64,000 nucleotides of DNA from Prorocentrum cordatum (lineage: Eukaryota): assembly GCA_963575745.1 (NCBI GenBank), contig CAUYUJ010000029.1, forward strand, positions 1 through 64,000, in the 5' to 3' direction. A program made the position numbers and the translations under genes. The notes under the pieces were generated by a model. That model searched no databases, was not told the DNA's origin, and saw nothing but the letters and a program-made list of their open reading frames with translations. This document shows, piece after piece, positions 12,501-26,484 of this stretch; position 1 is the stretch's first letter, and each line of letters starts with the position of its first letter.

Positions 12501-15500
12501 GCGGAAGTGGAGAGGCAGACATATGATGATGATTTGCACGCGGTCCAGGACCAGCGATCGCGAATCTGGTGTTCGGTCAGGGAAGATGGAAGAATGACCG
12601 AGCACCTCCTCCAGTATCGTTGTCTGTGATTACCGCGTCGGCACATTCTAGCGGACATGTTTTCCCATCTGTGGCAGCAACAGAAGACCCCGTAAACGCA
12701 ACCCAGGGGCGTACAGCTCCCCTCACCCTTGCAAACAACCGAACGTCTACTGTACACTACGGTGCCAATCCTCTAAACAATCATTCTGATACAACACGCT
12801 GCTGAAAACACCGTCAACGTACGGCGGTCGAGCGATCATAAGGGGGCGACATGCGGATTGAGAGGAAGACCAACAATGAGGAACGGAAACAAGGAACAAT
12901 ACCGAACATCATAATGAAGCCGTGCACCCGCGCGTGCGCATACCTGTCCAATTGGACGTAACCCGCACGAAAGACCCTTGCGAGCAGATGCCCGTTTCAA
13001 AGCAATAATAGCGCGCTGCGCCTTCATCCTTATCACGCGCGCCATTAGGTACAATCGAAACATGGCCACAACAACGCGGGTCAAGAACATGATTACCTTC
13101 GATGAATGACCAATGCCCCATGGAGATGCCTAACATGAATCACATTCCAGGGTGGAGTGCCAAAACACGAACAACATGACGGTATCCCTCCACCGCTGGG
13201 ATTGTTTTTAACCCTCATGCCAACTGTTCGCTCGAATGCCAATGCTGATGGTAACGGCCCAATCCCGAAATCGACCTGCATCCGCGAACGCCGGCGTAAG
13301 AGTCAGCCGGGCAATCCTATACATACTATGTACAGCCTGCCGAGCAACAAGGCTAGTATGCTGCGCTCAACACATCATGAATGTCTCGGCTCCCGCACGC
13401 TTTTTTTATGTTGTGAATGTATGGTTCTGTTGTCACTTGTGGGCTCAACAACAACAGCCCATGTAATGCCAAAGATGCGTTCGCGAGCCGACCGTCATCC
13501 ATTATGACATCAACTTGTTGAGCCACTCCTGCAACCTCCTTCCGCGCGAGTCGGGGCTGGGTGGTGGGCATGGGTGGGGGCAGCCTACTCTGCGCGCACG
13601 TCTGCTCCACTGAGAGGGCCTCGAACTCCTGCAGAAGGCCGCCCCCGGCGTGCCCCCCGGCAGTTGCGCCTGCCGCCGAGCTCGCCGACGTGCACGAGGG
13701 AGAGGGGACTAGTTGGGCGTCGCGCTCTCCTTCAAGCGAGCCGCGTTCTTCGTAGCTTCTTCCCGAGTGTTGTGACCTCGAGCTGCTCCGAGCTCAGGGC
13801 GCGCGACCCGAACACGACTCCTGGCATCTCGCGGCCCTGCTGAGAGAGACGTGCCATCTGGTTGAGGACGCATGCGCTGTTTTAGGTGTGTGCTGACACG
13901 GACGTTTATCCTTTCTTACATTCTGATTACTTATCAGATTGTCGTCCGCGTGTCTGGTTCGGCGCGCTTCTTGTCCTCTCCGTTGCGTCCGTCGGACCCT
14001 TTGTCACCAATGGGAGTGTTTAAGTTGGAGGGCATCGCTGAGCCTCGGTAGGTGCAGAGAAACGTGCGTCAATATTTGGGCCTCCAGCTTTGTAATGAAG
14101 GAGAAAGCTGCGTAACACAGACGACCTGTTCACGCCCCCCAGCAACATGCCCAGTACGCGCATGCGTACTTGACATGTCGCTGAACACTGTTTCCATGTG
14201 TAAGGCTGATGAGGCAATCTAGGCATGTGTTCGCACATCTGCATCTAGTTTTGCTCCCACGCGTCAGACGTCGTGCAATTTGTCGTGCAACCAATTTAGC
14301 AGAACCCTGGAACTGCACTGTACATGGTTGGCCGCAATCCTTTGCGCGACGAGAGTACGTCTTCGGTTCATCCTGTGGGGATTCGTGTCGGGCGGGCGCG
14401 GGGCGATACTGCACTGCTTCGTTCAATGATGCAGCAGCACGAATGATATTAGCATCCTGCCGTACGAGGGCTTCGCTTGCACCATTTGGAGGTGGACAGA
14501 CCTCCTACCCTGAAACGTCGATTCAGGAATTTACCGTTTTCGGTTCACGAGAGGGCGTCGCGGCCGTCATTTTTGCGGGTCCAGGTCTGTCGGTTTCGGT
14601 CCCAGGTCGTTTTCACTAAATGGAGGTTTACTACAGGGAGGTTCGTCCACCGCCGAACCATGATCATGCTTAAACGAGTCGCACAACGATCGGTCATGCC
14701 ATACTTAGCCCAAACGTCTTCGGTGCAATTTGTTCTTGTGCGCAAGCTTCGTGCACAATGAAACTGCTTTGCCCATGGGTTTGCCGATGCTGCGAGCTAC
14801 CCAGCAACATTCAAGGTCGTGACTCTATGATTGAATGATTGTGCGCTCCAATGGTTTACAGGTAACAGCAGTTTTGCCATCCTTTGTGGCTGACTCTCCT
14901 GTCGGCAATAAGTAGGCATCAATGACGCATCACCTCTGTATTGATCATACATGCTGCTTGGCCACCCTTGTACAATGTTGCACATTTTCTCCATACATAA
15001 TGCTCTGAATGGAGCGCACCGTATGCGAATCTACCCGGCCCATGCCAGCTGGTGAACAACGAAAACCTCGAGTCCTGAGTAGACGAGCGAGGGGGAGGAG
15101 GAGCAGGAGCAGGAGGATTACGTGAAGGAGGAGGAGGAGGAGGAGGAGGAGGAGGGGGAGGAGGAGGAGGAGGAGGAGGAGGAGGAGGAGGAGGAGGAGG
15201 AGGAAGGGGGTGCAACGGCTTCTCGCAAGCGCGTCTCCTCTCTCGCATATCCCCCTCCTCCTGTACCCTCCGCCTTCCTCATCCGTTCCTCCCACTGCGG
15301 CCCATAGGACGTAGCCGGACCTGGAACCTCGATCTCTCCGTTCTTTCCCCCTCCTCCTCCTCTTTCCCCCCCCCCCCCCTCCCGTTCCCCCTCCTTTTGA
15401 CGCGTTCTTCCCCCACCCCCCCCCATGATGTCCTCCTCCTTCGTTCCCATCCCCTGCTGCTGCTTCTCCTCCTCTCTGCCTCCCCATTGTCCTCATCCTC

Positions 15501-18500
15501 ATCCTCCACCCCATCTCTTGCGCATCTTACGATGGCCACACGTGCTCGACATGTGTTCTGCGCAGCAAGGTTTCAGCGATACCTCGAGGCGTGGGCAAGA
15601 CCGGGGCCACACAACTAGCTCCACGCCCCTCTCCTCCGTGAAGCACGGCCTTCGACATCTGGCGCGTCTGCGAGCTACGCACACGACCTTCGGATCGAAC
15701 CACGATTGGACAGGGTGCTGCACCATCAGAGCGCGTTGGACGAAGCTTACCGGCGGCTCGCCGTTCTCTGCCTTCTTGCGCCGCCTCTCTCTCGTTCGCC
15801 TCCCCCGCGAAACCTGATAGTCACCGACCGCGAATCTGACGAGCAAGTGAAATATCGACGACGTGCGCGTGCGCAGCGAGAGCACAGACTGCCGCACGAT
15901 GCGCAGACGGAGCCATCGACAAGCGCGGCCGGAACGGCGCGGGCGCTCGGGGAAATCGCAGAGGGCCCCGGCCAAGGCATGCCGAAGTGCCGCTGCGGTC
16001 CTGGTCCTGCTGCAGTGCTGCTGCCGTGGGCCGTTGCATCCGCCAGCGTGAGCCCAGGGAGCCCTTTTAGATTTCATCCCCAAGCCCGCTCGCGTCGTGA
16101 AAACAGTCACGACGGACGTGCTTGGGGTCAGTCAGCCCTCTGGTTGCCCCGACTCGCCTCCCGCCTCTGCCCCGCCGCCGACGAAGCATTTTTTTAGTGG
16201 GCCACTTCCTGCCTCTGGTGATGGGCCTGTTTTCCACCACCGCCACCACCAGAAGTTGGAGGGGGAAGGAGGTGGAGGATGAGGAGGAGGAGGAGGATGA
16301 GGAGGATGAGGATGATGATGATGATGAGGAGGAGGAGGAGGAGGAAGACGAAGGAGGAGGAGGAGGAGGAGGAGGAGGAAGAGGAGGAGGAGGAGGAGGA
16401 GGAGGAGGAGGAGGAGGAGGAGGAGGAGGAGAGGAGGAAAAGGAGGAGGAGGAGGAGGAGGAGGAGGAGGAGGAGGAGGAGGAGGAAGACGAAGGAGAGG
16501 AGGTCCCCCCCACCCCTCCAGCTTGTGGTGGCGATGGCGGAAGACAGGCCCATCCCCTGGGGGCCCTCCGCGGGCCCCGAGGGACACCGCCCGACGCGGT
16601 GGCGGAGAGCCCCAGGCAGGCCCCGACCTTTGTGGAAGGGGCCCCAGGGCACACAAATATATACTCCAGATTTCGTAACAAAAGGGAGGGGGTCTGGACC
16701 CTCCAAGACAAGCCATTTCAGACCTCCCCCGCGGGAGGACCCTCCAAAACATCGTCCCCAGACCCCCCAGGCCCTCCAAGATAGCTGGAAGAGACCCCCC
16801 CCCCGAAATGAGACCCCCTCCCTTTTATTACGAAATCTGGAATACACACAAAGAAAAATAATCCCCATATTCTCCCATATCTTCTGGGTGTCTGTCTTCC
16901 CCCCCCCCACTTCCCCTATTTTCCCCTATTTTCTGGGGAATCGAGGATTTTAGTTGTGTCTGTGTGTTTTTTTCCCTCTCCTGATTTGTGGAGGTCGACG
17001 CTGCGGACAGATCTCGGGGGCGTCCAAGCGGGGGGGGGTGCAAATCGTGACCGGCGGCACGTGCGCGGCCCAGCGGGGGAGGCCAGGAGCGTCATGAAAT
17101 GAGAAGGGGCGCCGCCGTGAAATCTGGGGAAATATCATGGCCCCCGCCATGATGCCCCCCCCCCCCCAGTCATCAACCCCCTCTTTGGCCGCCCCCGAAG
17201 ACCACGACGCCGCAGGTCCGGGCGGGCCCCCCCCTGGGGAGCGGCGGGCGCTGCCGCGGAGCCGCGCCTCGCGGGGGCGACGAAGGTTGCACAGCGCGCG
17301 GGCGCGTGGGGCAGGACACCGCTCGAGAGGGGCCACGAGGTGCCACCTCAGAGCGCCCCCCGCGCTGCGGCGATGGCGCTCGCGGATGGCGAGGGGCTGC
17401 CCAGATGCCATGCTCGGGCCGCGCGAGGAGGAGGGGCAACGCCGGCGACGTGCTTGCCCCTCGGCGACCCGTGAGCGAGCCCACGCGGCGCGACCGACAG
17501 CGGCAGCGTCGCGATGCGGCAAGCACATGTGTCGGCAGAAGGCTTTGCAGCGGCAGCGTCTCCATCACCGCTGTCTTGAGCTCGTACTTCCAGTGCTCGG
17601 CGTTCGCCGCCATCTTGCCGAACAGCTCGTTGATCGTCCGAGGGACGATGCCTGTCTCTCTCTCTCTCTCTTCCCCTCCTCACAGGTCCCCACTCACCCT
17701 CGCTCTCTCTCTCTCTCTCGCCATCTTTTGTTACACTTCTTTTTGGGTGGGGTCTCTCTCTCTCTTGCACTGTTTATCCTCTCCCTCTCTCGCGCTCTCC
17801 CGTGGGGGCGCCAGGCTGCGGGGCTGTTGCTGGATCTTGCCCTCTCTCTCTCTCTCTTTTCCGACCTCCCGTCTCTCCAAATCCTGCCACCCTTCGACTG
17901 CCCACCAGGCGGGGTCGCGGCGCCACCGAGGCCAGGCGTGCCTCGGCACCCTGGCCGCCCTGTGCTGCCCGAAAGTTCCCACGGGGACGCCGCCAATCTG
18001 CCAGGCCCAAGATGCCTCTAAGCTGTCCCAGTAGGAGCCCAAATCCGCCGACCCAGTCGGCGTGTATGAGACGCTGTCGTCGTCTTCATCTTCGTCGTCT
18101 TGTCGTCATCTTCGCCAGTCCCAAGGACAACTAGAAACGAAAAGAGGAAGGAACCGTCGTAAAAGAAACGACGTAATCAAGTCGATTCCCTCCGCCTCTC
18201 CCCTCCCTGACGGGAGCGGGGTAGGGGGTGGTCAAGACACCCTCCTAGATAGCAAGCCGTCTAGCTCACTCCCACCCGCACTCCCAACACAGAAGTAACA
18301 CACGAGCCTCAACATGTTCAGCGGTCGTCTTTCGATGGACAGCTGCTGGGAACCAAAACCGAGCACATTTGCGCGACGCTGGGGCGAGGTGCGCCATGCG
18401 TGCCAGGCGCGCCACGCGCACCAGGCACCCGTGGAGCCCGAGCGTGCCAGGCACGCCTGGTGCGCCACTTTCGGGGCGCGTGCAGTGTGCGTCAGGTGTG

Positions 18501-21166
18501 CCTGCACGCGTGGCAGCACACATCGGGAAACATGTCGGCCCCCATCATTGTGTCTGGCGGGTCTGCGCACAACAGGCCATACTCCACCACTTGGCAGCGA
18601 TCGCGGGGTGACCGCGCACGATCCAGCTTTAGCCGCGAGGTGCATTTTGTATGTTTTTTTTGTCAGGGATGGTAGCCCTGATGTGTTGACACCCCCGCCG
18701 TCCCTGACAAATAGGTCGGGGGGTACAGGGGGGGTGGAGGAGGAGAAGAGGAGGAGGAGGAGGAAGAGGAGGAGGAGGAGGAGGAGGAGGAATCCACGTA
18801 GCCTGAGGGGAACACGTCATGCAACCACTATACTACCTATTGCCTGCGTGAGACTATGTGTGGAATCATATGGCTCCCTCTCGTCCTGACTCTGGTGCTC
18901 ACAAGTTCGTATAGCACCAAAGCGTGCGAGGGACAACACTCGGTGCCGCTCATCCTGGCTCAAGCCATTCGTGCTGCGAGCGTGTGATACTGAGCGGGTC
19001 ATGCGAGAAGGGGTCGGGGGGGCAACGCCAGCACGCCCCTGAGGCTGGCATGCGAGAGGGCCGAATGCCCAGCCTGTGTGGTAACGCTATAGGTGCCGAA
19101 GAGAGGTGGGCGACACGCCAATTCGGCACGGAGCTGATGAACGATATGGCAACTCAACGCGGTGAGCTCGCGGGCCCGCGGCTGTAGGATCTCAGCTGCA
19201 TTATAGTCGGCAACCGATCTGAGGCCAAGAGGAGGAGGAGGACGAGGAGGTGGAGGAGGAGGAGGGGGAGGAGGAGGAGGAGGAGGAGGAGGAGGAGGAG
19301 GAGGAGGAGGAGGAGGCGGAGGTGAGTCACTAGCAGACCTGAGCGAGTGGGGACAGCGGGAGGGCGGACTGCGACGCCAGCCCTCCTGCGAGACTGGCAC
19401 CGCCGAGCGGTGCAGAAGGAGCCCAAGGAGCAGCCGTCGGGGTGACAGCCACATTGGCTCCGGGCACGAGCGTGCGACCGAGGGAGGAACACCCGAACTC
19501 TGGAGTAGAATCTCGACCAAGATCCTCCTCCTCCTCCTCCTCCTCCTCCTCCTCCGCTGACACGAATGAGCAACCAGCTCTCTGGGCGTGAAGCTCTCAG
19601 GTAACATGTGGATCTCCAGCTTGCAAGCCCCAATCAACAGACGCGAGCGAACACCAGGATCTGGCGAGCCGCTGCAACATGTCCACCCACTTTTGGTGGT
19701 GACTCCCAGAGCCGAGGACAAAAAGGACAGGTTGAGCTGCATCTCGGATGCGATCTGACTCCTGCGACCTTCGACGTGTGGACACTCCTGGGGGAGATGT
19801 CGGGTACTCGGGAACGGACAGCTGCACCGGCACTCATCATTACGCAATCTGGTGTGCGACTGGCAGAGCTCCGCCACGAAAAATGGAGAAGAGCAGTTGG
19901 TCTTTAAAAGACAACGAACACATACAATTCTTGTAAATAACGGAACTCGTGAGATCAACATCGACATCATGAACTCCTTCGGCATCATTCCGTGTCTGGT
20001 GAACGGCCTGGAGACACCGAACCCGCGCTACGGCACGCACAACATGAGCTCCACCAGGAACCGCGAGTACTCGAGGGTCCTTTTCATCTGCTGGGACTCG
20101 AAGCTTGATGCCACGCTCGGGGCGATGAGCTCCAGGCCGTTTTTCTCAAAGAGGGCGCTGAAGGCCCTGCTCACTCGCTCGGTATCAGATTGGTCGAGAG
20201 GGCCGTCTTTCTGCCCTGCAAGCATAAGTGTGGAGCTGCACTCTCTGTGCCGACCACACCACCTCCAAGCGCACCACCACGTCGTTGTCGTACGCACGAT
20301 AGCTCAAAAGATGGCCGCGGGGGCCCAGCGCAGTCTTGAAAAATCCGAACGGAGGATTTTTCCACGTTTTCGGCTTCTTGGGGCCCTTACAGGGCCTCGG
20401 GACCGTCAGACAACGACTCGGGATGAAAAGCCCGTCCCAGGCACTGGGTCGAGGCCTCTGGTGGCGAGCGAGGGGGGGGGAAGTGAGAAGGAGAAGGCCT
20501 TCTCAGAAGGCGGTGGGACTTCTCAGACGCCCTCGCGCGTTCTGAGCGTCGAATCGGAATGTGCCCCGGATCGGGCTGCATCGGCACGGGGCTGGGATCG
20601 GATCGCATCGGCCGAACCATAATGCACAGCAACACCATGCACAAACCAGGCCGCATCGGGTCGCTGGAGCACCGGGATGCTGATCAGGCTCACAACTGGC
20701 CGCAAGGCTGGAGAGGGCCAGGATGCCAGGGGTCTTCGAGCGGAAGCGAGCCCTTGCCATGCCAGACCTCACCGCTCCTCCCTCTTCCCCTCCCGGCGGC
20801 GAGCGAGGGGGGAAAGTGAGAAGAAGAAGGCCTTCTCAGCAGGCTCGGCAGTCCCACGGCCTGCTGAACAACTTTTCTACGCCTTCCCCTAGGACGCCAG
20901 AACTCTTTCAGACGGTAGAGGGAAACAATTACTCAACACCCCCCCTCCCCCCCAAACTCAATGTTGGCACGCGCGGGGGAGACTGCGGTCGAAGTGCATC
21001 TCATCAGACCCACCGCCAACCTTGAACATTGGGGGGAGGGGGCGGCGTTGACGGATGCATGTGGCATGCGTTCGCTAATCTGTTCCGAGGCCTGGAAGGC
21101 GCGGGGGCTGCTGAGGGGACCCCCCGCCCTCTGACAGGGCCTCCTCCTCCCGACTTCCTCCCTCCG

Positions 21167-21197
<31 letters not shown>

Positions 21198-24100
21198 TCC
21201 TCCCCCTCCTCCTCCTCCTCCTCCTCCTCCTCTTCCTCCTCCTCCTCCTCCTCCTCCTCCTCCTCCTCCTCCCCCTCCCCCTCCTCCTCGCCGCCGAACG
21301 CCGGGGCCGGGGGCCGCGGCGGAGAGAGGGTGGGCGGCAGAGGGGCGGAGCGCAGGGACGCGCCGCGGGGGAGGCGCGGTCGCCTTCCAGGTCCGCGGAG
21401 CCCGGCACGCCGATCATGGTGTGCGTCTTGCCTCGGCAAGACGCCGCGCGCGCGTTTTTTGTTTTTTTTTGGGGGGGGCGGGTGCGTCTCGGCCGCCCCG
21501 CCCGCATCGGGCGACAAGGGGGGGGGGGTAGCAGAGGTCGGCGGCTGCACCAGGGGCGGGTCTAGAAGAAGAAGAAGAAGAACACTAATAATCATACTCA
21601 TATATAAGAAGAAGAAGAATACTAAGAATAAGAAGAATAAGAAGAAGAAGAAGAAGAAGAATAATAAGAAGAAGAATCATAAGAAGAAGAAGGATACTAA
21701 TAATAATACTAATAATAATACTACTAATAATAATATTAATAATAATAATAATAATAATAATAATGATACTACTAAGAAGAAGAAGAGGAATACGAATAAT
21801 AATAATAATAATAAGAAGAACAATAATAATACTAATAAGAATAATAAGAAGAATAACTGGCATTCACTGAAACTTTCGGCGCTCCGCGCGGAATTCTTGG
21901 ACCCGCGCTGGGCCCCCCCCCGCCTGGCGCGCGCAGCCGCCGTGGGCGCCGCCAGGTCCCAGCGCAGATCCAAGAAATCCGCACGGAGCGCCAAATGCTT
22001 CTGCTCATGGCGGCTTCTCTTCTTCGATGACAGCCCGGGAGGGAGGTGAGGTTTTTGAAATCACACCAGTTTTTAAATACAAAACCAAGTTTTCTTAATT
22101 CAAAAACGAGCTTTTTGAATCCAAAAACCAGCATCACATGCCCCCTGGCGCTCCGACCGCCCCTGTCTTCGGCGAGGCTCCTCGGCTAAGGCGTGCCATA
22201 TATGCCCGCCCATGGCGCCTCCGCCGAGCCGGGGGGAACGGGGCTCGAGGGCGACGATGGGGGCGAATAGTCCTGGGGAGAGCAACGCATGTATCCAGGG
22301 GCGCCGATGATCCAGGCCTTCGGCGAGGCCCCTCGGCAAACACGTGTACTTCCCGCCCCCCAAACTATTCGCCCTTCTCGTCGCCTCCGAGGGGTTCGCG
22401 ACTCGGCTTGCGCAGCCTGCTCGCCCTCGCGGCGCCCGCGCGCGTGCGCCCCAGACGCCTGCGTGCCGAGGAGTGCGTCCAGCGGCGGGGCGCCGAGACC
22501 AGCTGCTCGCACGCAGCAGAGCTCGTTCCCCCCCTCCCCCTCTCCCAGTCTCCCGACGCCCCGACTTTTTCATGGTGTCGACTCCCAGGAGGTCCATTGC
22601 TGAGGTCGCCGGCCCGTCGGCGTTAGGCGATTCGGCTCTTGCGCGGCCCGCTCGGACCTCACTCGACGCTGGCGCCCTCGCCTGCGGTGGGGACAGAAAA
22701 AATCCCAAAGGTCCAAGCCCCTGCAGACGGGGCATTAGTGCACGGGGTGGTAGCCAGGGGGCCTCTTCAAGCGAGCACGGGGCGGCAGGGCATTTACCTC
22801 GCACTAGTACGTGGTACATCGGGGCGGGGGTGGTGGTGGGCGATCCGTATCAAAAAACACCGCACGGGCCACTCGCGCGCGTCGGCCGCGCGCGCATGTC
22901 GAACTCTTTCAAAAAACTTTCATCGCCGACGCGAGGACATCGTCATCGTTATCGGCGGGTGTAATCAACATCGGCGCCGTCAGTGGCCTTGCCGTCGTTA
23001 TCGCCACCATCGTCACCATCATCGCTATTATCATAATCGTGTCTATCGTTGCCTGCATTGCCATGATACCGCCGCGCCCGCCCAAGTCACCGACTCGCAC
23101 TGAAGTGCCCGCTGGGTAGTGCCCAACGGTCAGGGCCGCCGCGGCCACGTCGGTCGCGCCGCACTAGCTGGCCGCTGCGCGCGCGAACATGCCCGGGCTA
23201 GCGCGGCCGTAGAGATGCGCTGGCCAACGCCAAACACTCATCGTAATCGCAGCCACATGGGTTTTGCAAACCAAATTGCGGGTGGGCGGGTCGGATCTTT
23301 GCAACAGCGTGGGATCCCACCAGCCCTTTAGGGCGTAGGTGCTTTAGGGTGTTTTGTCTTCTATCTGCCCCTCTTCCCCTTCGGGAAGGGGCGAGCAACG
23401 TTTCCTTCTTAGTATGCACCCCTCCCCTACCCGGCCAGCGGCCAACCTGAAACCATGCCGACTCCAGGCGGGCTCGCCCCCCGCCATCCCTATCAAAAAA
23501 ACAATGCGCACCGCACTGTGCCTCCACATTGGGAGCATGCGCGGCCAATCCGATGCGGCCCAGTCGAAAAACAATGCAAAACACACTTTTGGGCAAAGTC
23601 TTCAGTCATGTTCGTGAGGCCCGCGAGCACTTTTGTATTGTTTTTGACAAGGACGGCGGGGGTGTCAGCATATTCCTTGCTGTGCGCAGGGCTACCATCC
23701 CTGACAAAAAGACCATGCAACACGCACCTCGCGGCAAAATCTGGATCATGCGCGGCCATCCCGCGATCACTGTCAAGTGGTTTTTGTGAGGGGCGGCGGG
23801 GGTGGTGGCGCGTGGCCTGCTGTGCGAAGACCCACCAGACACAATGATGGGCATTGGTTTTCGACAAGGATGGCGGGGGCCGACATGTTTCCCGATGTGT
23901 GCTGTCACGTGCGCAGGCGCACCTGACGCACCCTGCACGTGCCCCGAACGTGGCGTACCTGGCGCGGCTGGGGTGTGCGGCACACCGGGTGCACTCGGAG
24001 CACGTGGCGTATCTGGCGCACCAGCCGTGCCTGGCACGCTCGGGCCCCAGGGGTGCCTGGCGCGCGAGGCGCCCCTGGCACGCGTGGCGCATCTCGTCCA

Positions 24101-26395
24101 AGCGTCGCGCACCTGGGGTCGGCTTTGGTTCCCAGTCCCTGTCAATCCAAGGACGACCGCTGAACATGCTCAGGCTCGGGTGTAACACATGTGTTCGGAG
24201 TTATCGTGGGAGTGAGCTAGACGGCTTGCGGGCGGGTGGGTAGCTTGACCCCTCCCCCTACCCCCTCCCGTGGACCTGGACGGGGGGCCCCACGAGGGGT
24301 TGGAGCGTCCAAGATGGCCAAAGATGGCTCCAAGGCACCTCGGAGAGCCCAAGATGAGCTCCAAGACGGCTCAAGATATCCCAAGATGCCTCAGGATGGC
24401 CCCCAAGATGCAAGAGCGCTCCAAGAGCACCCCAAGAGGCGACTTTTTGGGCTCCTGAGGGGCGGCGCTGATTCAAGCTCCCCTCTTGTTTGAGCGATGT
24501 CCTCCAAGATGGCCCCAAGAGCGCTCCCAAGGCCCCCAAGAGGAACTTACGAGGGCTCCAAGAGGCTCGCAAGAGACCCCCAGGGACCCGTCCTCTGCGT
24601 GCTGCCCACTTCCCTGATCGAGGCAACTCCTCTGGTCTTCGTCTCTGGATGGGCTGGTGGGGTTCCGTGAAGCGTGCAGAACTTGCCAACTCGTTCGTAA
24701 AAATCAACTGCGCCACATCGATTGCGTGCGCCACATCTATGGCTGGACATACACTACTTGGGGTCCACGCTGGCTAACATAGCACTCGTAAACGCCGAAC
24801 TTGCTGATCCACATCGCAGCACTAAGAGCAACAATAAGCATAATGCGACGACGAAGGCGAGTAATAGCAATCATTCGAATCATGCGACCACTGTACGTTA
24901 GGAAAGTAACACAGCGACTGCTGATCATAAGAAGGGGCAGCGGCATGACCGCACACTTTCCCGATTCCGGGCGGACTTCTTTGAAGGGGAACTGGGACAC
25001 ACACACACACATAAATGAACACAAACAACCAGATCCCCATACTTTCCTATATTTTCTGGGTTCTGGCCTTCCCCCCCCTCTCCCATATTTCCCCATCTCT
25101 TCTGGGCAATCGACGATTCACTGTGTCTGTGTGTTTCTTTCCCTCCTGGTTCTCGGGTCGGCGCTGGGACGCCCCCGGCGGCGCGTGCCGGCGCCGCCCC
25201 CGGCGCGCGGCCAGGCGAGGGGGGCCCGGCAGAGCTCGTGCCGCTCTTCTCTGAAGGGGCCGGCGGGGCAGGCGCCCGCGCGGCAGCCACGGCGGGCCCG
25301 GCTCGGAGCGGGCAAAGGGGTGCGCTCGGCCTGCGTGCGGGGAGGCGCAGGGACTCTGCCTCGGGGGGGTCGGGGGGGCCTGCCGGGGCCGTCGGGAAGA
25401 TGACGACGACCCAGTCTGAAGCTCGACGCGAGCTCCCGGCAGAGCTCGTGCCGCAAATAAATACACACAAATAAAAAGATTCCCTATATTTTCCAATCTT
25501 TTCTGGGTGTTTGTCTTCTCCCCCAATTCCCATATTTTCCAATATTTTCTGGGGCATCGAGGATTCATTGTGTCTGTGTGTTTTTTCCCCTCCCGATTCT
25601 TCGTGGACGGAAGTCTCTTGGAGTCTCCGCGGCGGGTCCCGGCGAACTTCCCAGAGACAGGCGAGCAGAACTACGATGCCGGAAGGCCCCACGCACTTGG
25701 CACATTGATTCGCGCGGGTCGGCATCCGCGAGCCCGAAAGAGTAACGATGGCAGTGGTCAGCCCAGAGGATACCAAGCCAACGATGTGGCGGTAGCAGGG
25801 GGTTAACAGCTCCTTGCCAACACTTGGTATCTTACGAACCAAATCGAAGAATTTGACGATGACAGTGGTCAGCCCGTAGGGTACCGAGCCAACGAGGTAG
25901 CTGAAAAAGGGGATCAACAGCTTCTTGCCGAAGAAATGTAAGAAGAAGCCGAAGATAATGATGATCCTCTGCTTTGACAATCATGTGTGGTGAAACCGAC
26001 TCTGCGTGTATAGCCTTGACAAGGCTGTCCAGTGATGTCGAAGCCGTGAAGTGACAACTTCTTGCCACAAGAAAGTCGGAAGATGATGCTGATGACGAAG
26101 ATGATGATCATGCTACTCATAAAGATGATGCTGCTGCTGATGACGATGTCGATGACGGTGATGATGATGACGACGGCGATGCTGATGATGTTGATGATGA
26201 TGGTGACGGTGATGGTGATGCTGATGCTGCTGATGATGACGATGAGGATGATGATGCTGCTGATGATGATGCTGCTGATGATTGATGCTGATGATGATGA
26301 TGAGGATGATGAGGATGAGGAGGATGAGGATGAGGAGGATGAGGAGGATGAGGAGGATGAGCAGGATGACGATAATGAGGATGATGAGGATGATG

Positions 26396-26484
<89 letters not shown>

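Noticed and set aside
18951..18970. Possible SL relic CATCCTGGCTCAAGCCATT
   Set aside because: Short partial match with no downstream ORF or boundary evidence; could be chance.
15550..19950. Further LINE 3' remnants at about 15550-16100 (minus) and 18830-19950 (plus)
   Set aside because: Only isolated Cys-pair motifs; too degenerate to call from sequence alone.
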